DNA of 64,000 nucleotides from Nannocystales bacterium (GCA_050633305.1 JBOEGF010000010.1:832001-896000), one strand, 5' to 3'. Counted from the first letter of the stretch, positions 29,843 to 40,045 are shown. Numbers and translations: made by a program. Notes: a model not told the origin generated them from the letters alone.

Positions 29843-31654
29843 GTGGTGTCCGCACGGTCTCTTGTGATGCTCGCGCTCCTGGCTGGATGCGCACTTCCTG
29901 CGGTGGATGCGGGGACCGACGGCGGTGGGGTGAACACGGCCGGGCCGGGTACCTCAACAGCGGCGACGTGGACATCCGCAGGGTCTACGGGGGCGGGGGA
30001 CGCCGGCCGTGCAACGACGGGAGGAGGTGTTGCCACCTCCACTTCCAGCTCCACCTCGGGCGTCGAGGAATCGGGGAGCACGAGCGGACCCGCTGCGACG
30101 TCGACGGGCGGTGGGAATGGTGAGGGCGGCAGCACGGGGGAAACCACTCTCGCCGGCGGTGACTCGAGCAGCGGGAGCAGCACTGGAGATGGGCCCGTCG
30201 TCCCCCTCGTGACGGTCTTCGAGTCGTTTACGGAGGCGTCAGGCTTGGACATGCCCCACGACTGCGTCTACGAAGCGCAATACCCACCGGGTATTGGTGC
30301 TCGAGATTTCGACGGCGACGGGCACCAAGACCTGTTGCTGACCAGCTGGGAGAGCCCGAGCCGGCTATGGCTTGGCAATGGGGCCGGTGGCTTCGCCGAG
30401 TCGGCGGGCGGCCCGTTGCTCGTCGAACACACGAGCACGGGCGTTGCCGTCGGCGACTACGACAACGATGGGCAGGCCGATGTGTTCGTCGCGGGGACAA
30501 GCGCGGGGGTTCTTCTGCAAGGCGGTGGCGGTCTGGTCGACGTCACAGACGCTGCGGGTGTGACCTCGAGTATCGACGGGACGGTGGGCGCGTGGGGGGA
30601 CTACGACTCCGATGGCGACCTCGATCTCTTCACGGGGGCCTGGAACGCCGAGACGTTGGTGGGCTCCCAGGAGTTGTTCCGAAACGAAGGCGATGGGACG
30701 TTCACGGACATGAGCGCGACTCTCGAGGTCGCGGCCGCCGGGAGGCCCGTGCTCGCGGCGAGTTTTCTCGACTACGACAACGACGGGGACCCGGACCTCT
30801 ACGTCGTGGTCGACAAGTCGCATGGCAACGTGTTGTGGCGCAACGATGGCCCCGGTTGCGGGGGCTGGTGCTTCACCGACGTGGCCGAAGAAACTGGGTC
30901 TGCGCTCCAGATCAACGGCATGGGGTTGGCGGTCGCCGACTACGACAACGATGGCGACCTCGACCTGTACATGACGGATATTACCGCGGCGTATCTGCTG
31001 CAGAATCAGACCGTGCAGGGCGAACCGGTGTTCGTGGATGTCACCGGAGAGGCCGGGGTTCACATCCCTGGCGTCGGATGGGGCGCGTTCTTCTTCGACT
31101 ACGACAACGACGGGCTGCAGGACCTCTACGTTGCTCAGGGGCAGTACGGGGGCGGGCCTTTCTCCGCGAACATCTTGTTCCACAACCTCGGAGACGGGTC
31201 GTTCGACGGTCTGGGGAGCGTGAGCGGTGCGGTGGACGTCGGGTTCTCGCAAGCGGTGGCGTACGGAGACTTCGACGAGGACGGGTTTTTGGATCTGGTG
31301 GTCGGAAACCGGCAGGACGCCTATGCGCTGTATCGCAACAAGGCCGACTTTGGGACCGACAACAACTGGGTCGAGGTCGAGCTCCTCGGTGCTGCGCCGA
31401 TCACGTCCGATGCTGCGGGCACTCGCGCCTGGGTCTCGACCGAGGACGGTGTGACGCAACTTCAAGAGGTGAAGCTCGGTTCCAGCATGTCCTCGACGAA
31501 CATGCTTCCGCTGCACTTCGGCCTGGGCGGCAACGACGGCGCCGAGCTTTCGGTGCGTTGGCCCAACGGTGAGACCGCAGCGTTCACCCTCCAGGACACG
31601 GACATCAACCAGCGCATCGTGGTGACCTACCCCGGCGCACTCGCACCCAAGTAG
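29843..31654 (+). CDS. CRTAC1/ASPIC-UnbV family FG-GAP repeat lipoprotein
   Basis: LLAG-C lipobox; seven DxDxDG..D repeats; C-terminal LHFGLG..SVRWPNG; start approximate. Confidence 0.88.
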   Translation: MVSARSLVMLALLAGCALPAVDAGTDGGGVNTAGPGTSTAATWTSAGSTGAGDAGRATTGGGVATSTSSSTSGVEESGSTSGPAATSTGGGNGEGGSTGETTLAGGDSSSGSSTGDGPVVPLVTVFESFTEASGLDMPHDCVYEAQYPPGIGARDFDGDGHQDLLLTSWESPSRLWLGNGAGGFAESAGGPLLVEHTSTGVAVGDYDNDGQADVFVAGTSAGVLLQGGGGLVDVTDAAGVTSSIDGTVGAWGDYDSDGDLDLFTGAWNAETLVGSQELFRNEGDGTFTDMSATLEVAAAGRPVLAASFLDYDNDGDPDLYVVVDKSHGNVLWRNDGPGCGGWCFTDVAEETGSALQINGMGLAVADYDNDGDLDLYMTDITAAYLLQNQTVQGEPVFVDVTGEAGVHIPGVGWGAFFFDYDNDGLQDLYVAQGQYGGGPFSANILFHNLGDGSFDGLGSVSGAVDVGFSQAVAYGDFDEDGFLDLVVGNRQDAYALYRNKADFGTDNNWVEVELLGAAPITSDAAGTRAWVSTEDGVTQLQEVKLGSSMSSTNMLPLHFGLGGNDGAELSVRWPNGETAAFTLQDTDINQRIVVTYPGALAPK

Positions 31655-31666
31655 GGGGCCGCGCAC

Positions 31667-31698
31667 AAAAAAGCGCGGAAGCTCGAGGCTTCCACGCT
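31667..31698 (-). terminator. Intrinsic terminator for the 31752-33650 gene
   Basis: GGAAGC/GCTTCC stem extended by AGCG/CGCT, A6 on plus strand = U-tract on minus. Confidence 0.7.
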
Positions 31699-31751
31699 CG
31701 TCGGCTGGATTCCGCTGCCTGGAGGCGCCGGAATCCGAGACCGCTACTCGA

Positions 31752-33650
31752 CTACGGAGCCGGGCATGCGCTCGTTGCCGGGATCATGCAGGCTGTGCCG
31801 TCGGTCGTGGTCGTGAACGCGCCGTCGTTGCAGCCCGCCGTGAAGGCCGTGTTGCCGTCGATGCTCGAGATTCCCATCGTCGCGCTTCCCAAACCAGGGG
31901 CGTTCGGGCCGAATACCGAGACTGCCTCGCCGGTCGTCGGGTAGAGGACCAGGTTCAAGTCGAACACGTTCGCCGTGTTCCACTGGTTGATTCCGTTCCA
32001 GAAGAACACGTCGCACTCGACGGCTCCTGCGGTGTCGGACTCTCGAGGGCACATTCCGGCGTCGAAGTGCTCGTAGTACACGACGCCGCCCTGGTCGGTG
32101 TCGAGATCGTCGTGGTAGGCGGCGATCGTTCCCGGCCGGTTGCCGTTCATCGGGCAGTCGTTGCTGAAGTCGCTCCCCGTGTTCTCGGCGCTGATGTAGC
32201 CGCAAGGGTTGACGAACCAATCGAGCTGATCGACGCCGTGGATGTTGAACGCAGCGGGGAGCGTGATCGGTGTGGGGTCGAAGCCACAGTTGCCCGAGGC
32301 CGCAGTTGCCAGGCCGGTCATGGAGATGTCGATGATGTCCGTGTCGGCGCAAGCGGCCGGGTCAGCACCGTCACTGAAGTTGGCGACATAGGCACCGCCG
32401 TCGCCGACGTCAGCGGTGCAGCAGTCTGCCGCGTCGAAGGCAGCACAGTCGGCGGCGCAGCCGAGCACGCCATAGCCCGCCAGGTCGTCGTTCTCCACCG
32501 CGCACGTGCTCGGGGCGTTCGTGCCGTCGCAGGTCTCAGTGAAGGTGACGATGTCGTTGCCGCAGGCCTCCGGGTTGCCTTCGGTCACCAGGTAGTTGAC
32601 GCACCACTCGTTGAGCGTGCCTTCGTTGGCGAGTGTGTCGTTGTCGGTGATGTCGAGCTGCCACACACCGGCGGGGTCGGGGATACCGGTGAAGGCATCG
32701 AGCGAGCCCTCGGGAAGGACGGCACCGTCGACCGCAGGAGGTCCGCCGCAAGCGGGGACTGCGGCTGCGCCAGCGTCGTACTCACCGTTGATGTCCGCGT
32801 CGGCTCCACAGATACCGGACTGAAGTCGTGCGGAGGTGGTGGTGTCGTTGTGGGAGATCGTGATGTCGAGGTCTCCGACCGCAGCGTGAGCCGCGTCGAC
32901 CGAGATGTTGACGTCGGCCACGAAGGCGCCTGCGGGCAGCGTGATCGTGTCGGTCGTCAGCGCCACGTCACCGGCTCCGATCGCGGAGCCTGGGGTGTTG
33001 CACATGCTGAACGCGGTGGTGCACATCGAGGTGTCGAACGCGGTGCAGTCCTTGGCGCAACCCAGGGTTCCGCCGTCGAAGTCGAGGTCCGCACAGGTCG
33101 TGTCGGCGAGATCGGTTCCGTCGCAAACCTCATCGCCCTCGACCGTGTCGTTGGCGCACAGCTGAGCAATGCAGCCGCTGGTGTCGAACTCGGTGCAGTC
33201 GTCAGCACAGGCGAGGTCGCCTCCGCCAACGAAGCCCTGGCTTTCGCAGGTCTCGTCGGCCAACGCGGAACCGTCGCAGACTTCTTTGTCTTCGATGGCG
33301 TCGTCGCCACACATCGCGCCGCCGCCCGAGGAGCTGCTGTCGCCCACGGTGTCGGTTTCGGCGACCGTGTCGGTACCGGTGTCCGTTCCAGTAGACGGGG
33401 TGTCCGTTTCACCGGACGTCGGGTCGGTGTCGCCCGTGGTCGTGGTCGTGGTGGTCGGCGTGGTGGTGGGGTCGGTAGTGGGCGTGGTGGTGGGGTCGCT
33501 GTCGCTGTCGCCCCCCGTGGTGCCCGAGTCGGTGTCCGAGTCGCTTCCGGAGCTCGAAACGTCGTCGTCACAAGCGGTGGCCACGAGACAGATCGAAAGG
33601 ATCGCGGCGAGTCGTGACGTTGTGGTCGTATGGGTCTTGTAGAGTTTCAT
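31752..33650 (-). CDS. Lipoprotein with Thr stalk, myxobacterial Cys-rich repeats and a proprotein-convertase P-like domain
   Basis: LVATA-C lipobox; EVCDG..L...TC...GF.GG.L.C..DC..FDTS.C repeats; VADVNISVDAAH..VGDLDI...GVWQLDITD..EGTLNEWC. Confidence 0.82.
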   Translation of the reverse strand: MKLYKTHTTTTSRLAAILSICLVATACDDDVSSSGSDSDTDSGTTGGDSDSDPTTTPTTDPTTTPTTTTTTTGDTDPTSGETDTPSTGTDTGTDTVAETDTVGDSSSSGGGAMCGDDAIEDKEVCDGSALADETCESQGFVGGGDLACADDCTEFDTSGCIAQLCANDTVEGDEVCDGTDLADTTCADLDFDGGTLGCAKDCTAFDTSMCTTAFSMCNTPGSAIGAGDVALTTDTITLPAGAFVADVNISVDAAHAAVGDLDITISHNDTTTSARLQSGICGADADINGEYDAGAAAVPACGGPPAVDGAVLPEGSLDAFTGIPDPAGVWQLDITDNDTLANEGTLNEWCVNYLVTEGNPEACGNDIVTFTETCDGTNAPSTCAVENDDLAGYGVLGCAADCAAFDAADCCTADVGDGGAYVANFSDGADPAACADTDIIDISMTGLATAASGNCGFDPTPITLPAAFNIHGVDQLDWFVNPCGYISAENTGSDFSNDCPMNGNRPGTIAAYHDDLDTDQGGVVYYEHFDAGMCPRESDTAGAVECDVFFWNGINQWNTANVFDLNLVLYPTTGEAVSVFGPNAPGLGSATMGISSIDGNTAFTAGCNDGAFTTTTDGTACMIPATSACPAP

Positions 33651-33946
33651 GAGGTCCAGTTGGGGACGGCAAGTCCGGCCGCGATGTTTGCCCGGACGGT
33701 CACAGAAACGCAACAGCTCCGCGTTTTCGGTGTTTCGTGGGCGATAGTGGGTTCGGCTGTTCCCCAAACTTCGATTTCTAACAGTGTCCGGTATCGAAGC
33801 GCGTTCCCGAGCTGAACTCCGTGGAAATGGCAGAATTCGGAGCATCGATCTGCCTCTGAGGGACACCTTTTATTTCCGTGAGAGGGCTCGCGGATCGGCA
33901 GGCCGTATGTCGGCACGCAGCGGTGCGTGTGGGTGGAACTGCGGGC

Positions 33947-34687
33947 TTATGGCACCGACTCGAAGAGCACGATGCGCAAGACCTCGGCCTGCACGAAGCC
34001 CCCCGAGGCGAGTTCCTCGGGGTAGTCCCCTCGGGAGAATCGACGGAGCACATATCGTGCATCGCACCGAAGCTCGCCGTCGTTGGTCAGCACCCCCGCG
34101 GGGACGGTCCACGTACCCGTGTCGTCGACACGCACGCCGCCTTGTCCCTTGTAGTCGTGCTCGACCTCGTCCGAGACGATGCAACGGCCGCCTCCCAGCT
34201 CCTCCTGCAGTTCGACCTGCATTTCGCCTCCCTCGTCAGCTGGCTCCCACGCGAGCTCGATCGGCTCCGACCGAGAGACCTCGAGCCCAGGTGCGGGGGC
34301 TGTCAGCTCGAAGCGAGGAGGCCGCTGCACGGACGCTGTGACCACCTCATCCTCGTTTGCGCGGTCGAGTTCGACGCTGATCTCCTCGCCATCCTCCCCG
34401 TCGAGGGTCAGCGTGTACTCGGTTCGGTCCTCCTGGTTCGTCTCCCGTGCGTCTTGACCGTTGATCAGGACACGGTCGCCGTCGCACTTGGCCCACGAGA
34501 TCGGGAGGGTTGCCCGGTCGCCTGTGGCGAAATCGACGGCAACCCGAACCTCTTCGCCGTCGTCGGTGCGCAAGTCGACCGCCCGCAGGACCATCGATAG
34601 CTCGTCGTTCCCCGCGCGGCATCGATCCGGGGTGCACCCCGAGCTTGCCCAGACGGCGAGCGGAAACGCGAGCAGGGCCAAACGCAT
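33947..34687 (-). CDS. Hypothetical lipoprotein
   Basis: MRLALLAFPLAVWASSG-C; acidic beta-rich body. Confidence 0.75.
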   Translation of the reverse strand: MRLALLAFPLAVWASSGCTPDRCRAGNDELSMVLRAVDLRTDDGEEVRVAVDFATGDRATLPISWAKCDGDRVLINGQDARETNQEDRTEYTLTLDGEDGEEISVELDRANEDEVVTASVQRPPRFELTAPAPGLEVSRSEPIELAWEPADEGGEMQVELQEELGGGRCIVSDEVEHDYKGQGGVRVDDTGTWTVPAGVLTNDGELRCDARYVLRRFSRGDYPEELASGGFVQAEVLRIVLFESVP

Positions 34688-34911
34688 CGGGTCGTAGCGT
34701 AGCCCATTCCCGAGCACACATCGCCCCACCTGCTCGTGTTCATAAAAACTGCGAAGACGGCCGAAGGACGGTACGGTCGGGCTGGGGACCCCCGCCGGGT
34801 ATGTCGAGCGAGTCGAGCAACGTGAACGATCGGATTTCGATCGGTCGAATTCCACTGAAGCAAGTGCGCGTGAGTCGGACCGAGCGGGAGAGCGAGCCTC
34901 GACCGAACCCG

Positions 34912-35496
34912 ATGAACAACCTGGTCCCGTACCTGGACTTGTTCTGTCGGTTGGATGACGCCGAGCTGGCGCGCTTGGGCGGTGTCGAGGCCGACGTGGT
35001 CGTGTCTCTGCGCGCACAGGTCGATGCGATCAACGAGGGGCTGTCCGCGTACGCGGACCTGCTTCCGCGGCTCGCTGACGCCGAACTCGTCCGTTTGACC
35101 GGGGCAAGCGATCGCACGATTCGGTTCTGGCGCTTGTGTCAGCCTCGCCACGCGGCGGCTGCCAAGCCTGCCGCGCCTGCGGCCGCAAAGCCAACCGAGG
35201 CTCGCGGACCGGCAGCTGGAGCCGCGGGAGTGCCCGGGCCAAGTGGGCGCACTCCCACCGCCCCACATTCGGTGGTCGTCGAGGCGCCCGCGGAGAACAC
35301 CGGACGTGCTCCGTCCGCGGCCGACATGACGGCAACGGGGCCGGCCAGCGGAGAAGGTGACGGAGCGGGGTACGTGACGCTCTCCGGCGCGCCGTTCCCT
35401 GGATTCGATGACGCGGCTGGCGACGACGACGGTGTTGGCCTCGAAGGCGTCTCGCTCGACGGTGAGCCCGACCCTCTCGGCCTCGGCGATCCCTAG
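34912..35496 (+). CDS. Hypothetical protein with two HTH-like repeats and acidic low-complexity tail
   Basis: RLDDAELARLGG.. / RLADAELVRLTG.. repeat; alternative start 34801. Confidence 0.65.
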   Translation: MNNLVPYLDLFCRLDDAELARLGGVEADVVVSLRAQVDAINEGLSAYADLLPRLADAELVRLTGASDRTIRFWRLCQPRHAAAAKPAAPAAAKPTEARGPAAGAAGVPGPSGRTPTAPHSVVVEAPAENTGRAPSAADMTATGPASGEGDGAGYVTLSGAPFPGFDDAAGDDDGVGLEGVSLDGEPDPLGLGDP

Positions 35497-35523
35497 AGCG
35501 CTCCCGAGTTCGTACCGAGTCCG

Positions 35524-36240
35524 CTACGTTCCCGGGGTGTGGCCGAAGGCGGTGATGTGCAGCCGCGGTCCGAGCCGAAACCCTCGGGTACAACACAGCG
35601 CGCTGATGCGTTGGTAGCGGTCGGTCAGCGCGCCGGGGTCGATGCACTCGGGCATCAGCAACACCCGCTGGGGGTCCGGCTTGCCGAGGGCTTCGAGCAT
35701 GATGTCGATCTCCGCCACGTCCTGCGCCAGCGAAGCGTCGCTCTCGGCCCGGACCACGAACTTGAGCTGCCAGGGGAATCGCATCAGCGCGAGGATGGCC
35801 TCCGGTTGCCACCGGGTCCGTTCATGACGCTGGGCGAGGGAGGCGGGCGTCGTCGGCGTACTGTGGGCGAGCTTGGGGCTCAGCGACATCAGGTCGCAAG
35901 CCAGGTCGGGGCCGTCGAGGGTGCCCGCGGTCTCGATCGTGATGTGATGGCCCGCGGAGGAGAGCGCCGCCGTGAGTGCTCCGACATGCGGCGACAGCAG
36001 GGGCTCGCCACCGGTCACCACGACATGCCGTGGCCCCTGCGCGCACCAACGGACGAGCTCGTCCAGGGGGTGCGGGTCTCCCGTGGGCCGCCAGGAACTC
36101 TCGGGGGAGTCGCACCACACGCAGCGTAGATTGCATCCGGTCAGGCGTACGAAGCTGCTGGGGACGCCCGCGAGAATCCCCTCGCCCTGCACGGACACGA
36201 AGCGCTCCTGGATGCGCAGCGTGGGGGGGTTGGCGGTCAC
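35524..36240 (-). CDS. queE: 7-carboxy-7-deazaguanine synthase (radical SAM)
   Basis: SVQGEG, FVRLTGCNLRCVWCD, VVTGGEPLL, IETAGT, SLSPKL, RLH. Confidence 0.9.
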   Translation of the reverse strand: MTANPPTLRIQERFVSVQGEGILAGVPSSFVRLTGCNLRCVWCDSPESSWRPTGDPHPLDELVRWCAQGPRHVVVTGGEPLLSPHVGALTAALSSAGHHITIETAGTLDGPDLACDLMSLSPKLAHSTPTTPASLAQRHERTRWQPEAILALMRFPWQLKFVVRAESDASLAQDVAEIDIMLEALGKPDPQRVLLMPECIDPGALTDRYQRISALCCTRGFRLGPRLHITAFGHTPGT

Positions 36241-36265
36241 GGCTGCATGCTACATTCCGCGCGCC

Positions 36266-37651
36266 ATGAAGAGGACCCGCATCGCGCATGCGTTGAACCT
36301 GCCTGCTCCCCAGTCCGACCTGCTCCTCAAGGGGTGGGTCCGTACCGTCCGCAACGGCAAGAATGTGTCGTTCATCAATTTGAACGACGGGTCCAACATG
36401 GGTGGCATTCAGATCGTGGTGCCCAGCGACATGGACGGCATCGAGGACGTCCGCAAGCTCACCACGGGCTCCGCAGTGGAGATTCTCGGCGAGCTCGTCG
36501 AGTCCCAGGGCAAGGGCCAATCGGTCGAGGTTCAGGCCACCAAGGTGACCACCGTGGGTCGGGCCGCCGAGGACTATCCCCTGCAGAAGAAGGGCGCGAG
36601 TTTCGAGTTCCTTCGCACCATCGCGCACCTGCGCAACCGCTCGAACACCTTTGGCGCAACCTTCCGGGTTCGCAGCACCCTGGCCCAGGCGACCCACGCG
36701 TTTTTCGCCAACCGCGGCTTCGTCTACCTGCACACGCCCATCGTCACCGCCTCCGACACCGAAGGCGCCGGCGAGATGTTCCGCGTCACGACGCTGGACA
36801 TGAACAACCCCCCGCGTACCGACAAAGGGGACATCGATTGGGACAAGGACTTCTTCGGGAAGCCCGCGTACCTGACCGTCTCGGGCCAGCTCAACGCCGA
36901 GGCCTTCGCCATGGGGATGAGCGACGTCTACACGTTCGGCCCCACGTTCCGCGCCGAGAACTCCAACACCACCCGGCATGCGTCCGAGTTTTGGATGATC
37001 GAGCCGGAGGTGGCGTTCTGCGACCTTTCGGAGAACTGCGACCTGGCCGAAGACTTCGTCAAGCACCTGCTTCGCACCGTGCTCGACGAGCGGGGGACAG
37101 ACCTCGAGTTCTTCAACCAGCGCATCGACAAGGGCTTGCTCGAGCGACTGCAGCACGTGGTCGACTCAGGCTTCGAGCGCATGACGTACGCCGAGGCGGT
37201 CAAGCGGTTGATCGACTCTGGCCAGAAGTTCGAGTACCCGGTCGAGTTCGGCGTCAACCTGCAGGCCGAGCACGAGCGCTACCTGACCGAGACGCTCGTC
37301 GGCCGCCCGACGTTCGTCACCGACTATCCCAAGAGCATCAAGGCGTTCTACATGCGCCGCAACGATGACGGGCAGACCGTCGGTGCTGTCGACTTGCTGG
37401 TCCCCGGCGTGGGCGAGCTCATCGGAGGCTCGGCTCGTGAAGAGCGACTCGATGTTCTCGAGGAGGCCATCCGCGAGTTGGGCCTCGAGCCCGAGGACTA
37501 CGGCTGGTATCTCGACACGCGTCGTTATGGCACCGCACCGCACGCTGGGTTCGGGCTCGGCTTCGAGCGCATGGTCATGTACGCGACCGGGATGCAGAAC
37601 ATCCGCGACGTGATCCCGTTCCCGCGCACGCCGCGGAACTGCGAGTTCTAG
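36266..37651 (+). CDS. asnS: Asparagine--tRNA ligase
   Basis: KGWVRTVR, YPLQKK, YLTVSGQL, FGPTFRAENSNTTRHASEFWMIEPE, PHAGFGLGFER, DVIPFPRTP. Confidence 0.97.
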   Translation: MKRTRIAHALNLPAPQSDLLLKGWVRTVRNGKNVSFINLNDGSNMGGIQIVVPSDMDGIEDVRKLTTGSAVEILGELVESQGKGQSVEVQATKVTTVGRAAEDYPLQKKGASFEFLRTIAHLRNRSNTFGATFRVRSTLAQATHAFFANRGFVYLHTPIVTASDTEGAGEMFRVTTLDMNNPPRTDKGDIDWDKDFFGKPAYLTVSGQLNAEAFAMGMSDVYTFGPTFRAENSNTTRHASEFWMIEPEVAFCDLSENCDLAEDFVKHLLRTVLDERGTDLEFFNQRIDKGLLERLQHVVDSGFERMTYAEAVKRLIDSGQKFEYPVEFGVNLQAEHERYLTETLVGRPTFVTDYPKSIKAFYMRRNDDGQTVGAVDLLVPGVGELIGGSAREERLDVLEEAIRELGLEPEDYGWYLDTRRYGTAPHAGFGLGFERMVMYATGMQNIRDVIPFPRTPRNCEF

Positions 37652-37673
37652 ATCAGGCGTCCGCCGTCTGAAC

Positions 37674-37711
37674 GAAGGGGGCTGCCAGCGAACCGCGGGC
37701 GGCCCCCCTTC
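37674..37711. terminator. GC-rich hairpin between convergent genes (possible terminator, no U-tract)
   Basis: GAAGGGGGCTGCC ... GGCGGCCCCCCTTC. Confidence 0.5.
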
Positions 37712-37774
37712 ACGCCACCACGCCCACGGTCCCCAACCCCGCGCGGCCCGCCCGGACGAGGTTTCAGATTCTCA

Positions 37775-38176
37775 CTACGCGGGCTTCCTGCTCAAGGCTG
37801 AGACGGTCGTTGCCCGCTCTTGTTCGAGCATGGCTTCCAGCGCCTCGGCGGCGTTGTCCGGCAGAACGTCCACCAGCAGTGTGACGGTGGTCGTGTCGCC
37901 GTCCGCCTGCGCGGCCTGCCACGACGCGGCATGGGCTTCGAAGCCGAAAGGCGAGCGTGTGATGGTGTACGCGATCCGGCGGGTGTCATGGTCGACAGAG
38001 AAGATTCGCTCATGAATCTCTGCCCCGTCGGCCGTCCTGCAAACCCGCGAACCCGCTTGGGCCTGTGCACTGGTGAGGAACCCAAACAAGTGGTGAATCT
38101 GCTCGGGGTCTGCGAGTCGCTTCCAGACGGAGTCGAGGTCGTTGTCGATTGCGTATGTTTTGATGACCGTGGCCAT
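37775..38176 (-). CDS. SRPBCC (polyketide cyclase/MxaD-like) protein
   Basis: DSVWKRLAD, RVC..ADG.EIHERI.SVD...RRIAYTI pattern; AGGTAG RBS-like. Confidence 0.8.
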   Translation of the reverse strand: MATVIKTYAIDNDLDSVWKRLADPEQIHHLFGFLTSAQAQAGSRVCRTADGAEIHERIFSVDHDTRRIAYTITRSPFGFEAHAASWQAAQADGDTTTVTLLVDVLPDNAAEALEAMLEQERATTVSALSRKPA

Positions 38177-38178
38177 GT

Positions 38179-38958
38179 CTACCTCGCGCTGGCGAACCAC
38201 ATCGCGGTGGCTTCCATGTTGTGCAGTTCGTCTCGGTACTCGACGTGTTGCTGGTACTCGGGGTCGCGCTTCACGGAGCCGAGGGACTCCGGACTGTCGA
38301 GCTGCCAGACGTTGATCGCCGCCGCATCGGGGGCGCGCGGGCTGAGCTTGTCGAGGACGCGGTACTCCGCGACCAAGCGCATGCCATGTCGCCGGGTGAG
38401 TTGGGCGAGCGAGGTCTCGTACTCGTGGTGGTCGTCGAACCCGTACCCTTCGTTCATGACCAGCAAGCCGACCAGGATGGTCGCGCCTGTCTCGATCGGG
38501 CCTGCGCTGAACTCCTCTTTGGTCATGTACATCGCCGCGTTGGGCATGTCGTGGATTCGGTCGCGAAGCGGGATATTCTCGGCGTAGCCGGGCGCGGACA
38601 TCGTCCCCTTCATGGATTCCGGGGACTCGAGCGCCCAAACACCGATCGTTGAGGCGTGTTTTGGCCCCGCTCCGCCGAGGAACTTCGAGACGGTAAGCGC
38701 GCTCGCCCGAGCCATGCCGTGCGAGGAGGCGACGGGGGCGATCTTCTCCTCGTACGCATCTTGGTCCGAGGGGCCGTAGCCCTCGTGCATCGGTAGGAAC
38801 GCGACGAGATGGGCCGTGGGGTCCTGGATCGCCCCGGATGTCGGTGGTGCCTGCGAGTCCTCTTGCGCTGTCGAGCGGCACGCGGTGGTCAGGGTGAGGG
38901 CCCCGAGCAACGCCACGAAAGCACGTCTCGAGGTTGAATGGGCGTCTGTGATGCTCAC
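38179..38958 (-). CDS. Putative Tat lipoprotein with two DUF1330-like domains
   Basis: SRRAFV twin-Arg and LTTA-C; two internal repeats (EGYG...YE..I/L....HGM...W.L.SPES.....P.Y......RD..H.M). Confidence 0.7.
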   Translation of the reverse strand: MSITDAHSTSRRAFVALLGALTLTTACRSTAQEDSQAPPTSGAIQDPTAHLVAFLPMHEGYGPSDQDAYEEKIAPVASSHGMARASALTVSKFLGGAGPKHASTIGVWALESPESMKGTMSAPGYAENIPLRDRIHDMPNAAMYMTKEEFSAGPIETGATILVGLLVMNEGYGFDDHHEYETSLAQLTRRHGMRLVAEYRVLDKLSPRAPDAAAINVWQLDSPESLGSVKRDPEYQQHVEYRDELHNMEATAMWFASAR

Positions 38959-39051
38959 CCCCGAGAACTAGTGTCGGAGCGACTCGTTCGCCATCGTCAT
39001 GATACGAACAATATTCATGCGAGAACGTGACGAATCTCGGGGCGGGAGCGT

Positions 39052-39981
39052 ATGGCCATGACGGACGCAACCGGTGCGGTGCCGTCGGCTCGCATGGAGA
39101 ACCTGTCGGAACTCAGAACGTACGTTGCGATCGTGGACACCGGGAGTCTCGCGGGGGCGGCACGACGCGTCGGCGTGAGCCCCAACGCGGTCAGTCGGCG
39201 TCTGACCTCGCTCGAGGCGCGGCTCGGTCGGCGTTTGATCCTCCGCACGACCCGCCGGATCTCCGTGACCGAGGAGGGCACGCGGCTCGCCGCTCAGCTG
39301 CGTCGCGCCTTGGAGACGATCGACCGGGCCGAAATGGAACTCGACGGTCTCGATGGATTGGCCGGCGTGGTCCGTCTCGGCGTTCACGCCGACATGGTCG
39401 GACCCGCGTTGTCCTCGGCGCTCGCTCGCCTCATGGACGAGGAAGCAGGGATCGAACTCGACGTGCAAGTGAGTCATTCGTTCGTCGACCCGGTGGCTGC
39501 TGGTCTGGACATCTCGGTGCATGTTGGTCAGCCGCCGATCAGCTCGCACAAGGCGGCTTCGCTCGGACGACTGGTTTGGGCGTTGGCCGCGGCTCCGTCG
39601 TACATCGAGCGCCGCGGCGCACCTCGCCTCCCGTCCCAGCTTGCCCAACACGACTGTCTTCGCTTGCGCCGCGACCGGCCCGAGACGAGCTGGGTCCTGC
39701 GGCGGGGGAGCCGTGAAGAGCGGTTTGCCGTCGGCGGTCGATTCGAGACAACGGACGGCCGAATGCTCGCCCAAGCGCTCTACGCAGGTCTTGGCATCGG
39801 CGTTCTGCTGTCGTCCGAACTCGACGCCGCCACGGCCCAAGGTCGCCTCGCTCCGGTCCTGAGGCAGTGGACCTGGTCGTCGACGCCAGTCTTCGCGCTC
39901 ATGCCCCCGGGCCGGGAGGGGGTCCCTCGCGTCAGGGCCGTCCTGGAGGCGCTGCGAGAGACCACGAAGCGCCTGGCGTGA
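39052..39981 (+). CDS. LysR-family transcriptional regulator
   Basis: GSLAGAARRVGVSPNAVSRRLTSLEARLG..L..RTTRRISVTEEG; divergent from target operon; start may be 39094. Confidence 0.92.
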   Translation: MAMTDATGAVPSARMENLSELRTYVAIVDTGSLAGAARRVGVSPNAVSRRLTSLEARLGRRLILRTTRRISVTEEGTRLAAQLRRALETIDRAEMELDGLDGLAGVVRLGVHADMVGPALSSALARLMDEEAGIELDVQVSHSFVDPVAAGLDISVHVGQPPISSHKAASLGRLVWALAAAPSYIERRGAPRLPSQLAQHDCLRLRRDRPETSWVLRRGSREERFAVGGRFETTDGRMLAQALYAGLGIGVLLSSELDAATAQGRLAPVLRQWTWSSTPVFALMPPGREGVPRVRAVLEALRETTKRLA

Positions 39982-40045
39982 AACATGACCCCTGCGTGCT
40001 TTTGCCACGCAGATGCGACCGCGATGCCGCATCATCGTGGACGAG

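Noticed and set aside
35524..36240. queE as part of a 7-deazaguanine DNA-modification (dpd) system
   Set aside because: No dpdA/tgt-like, queC, queD or folE neighbours; context is housekeeping (asnS)
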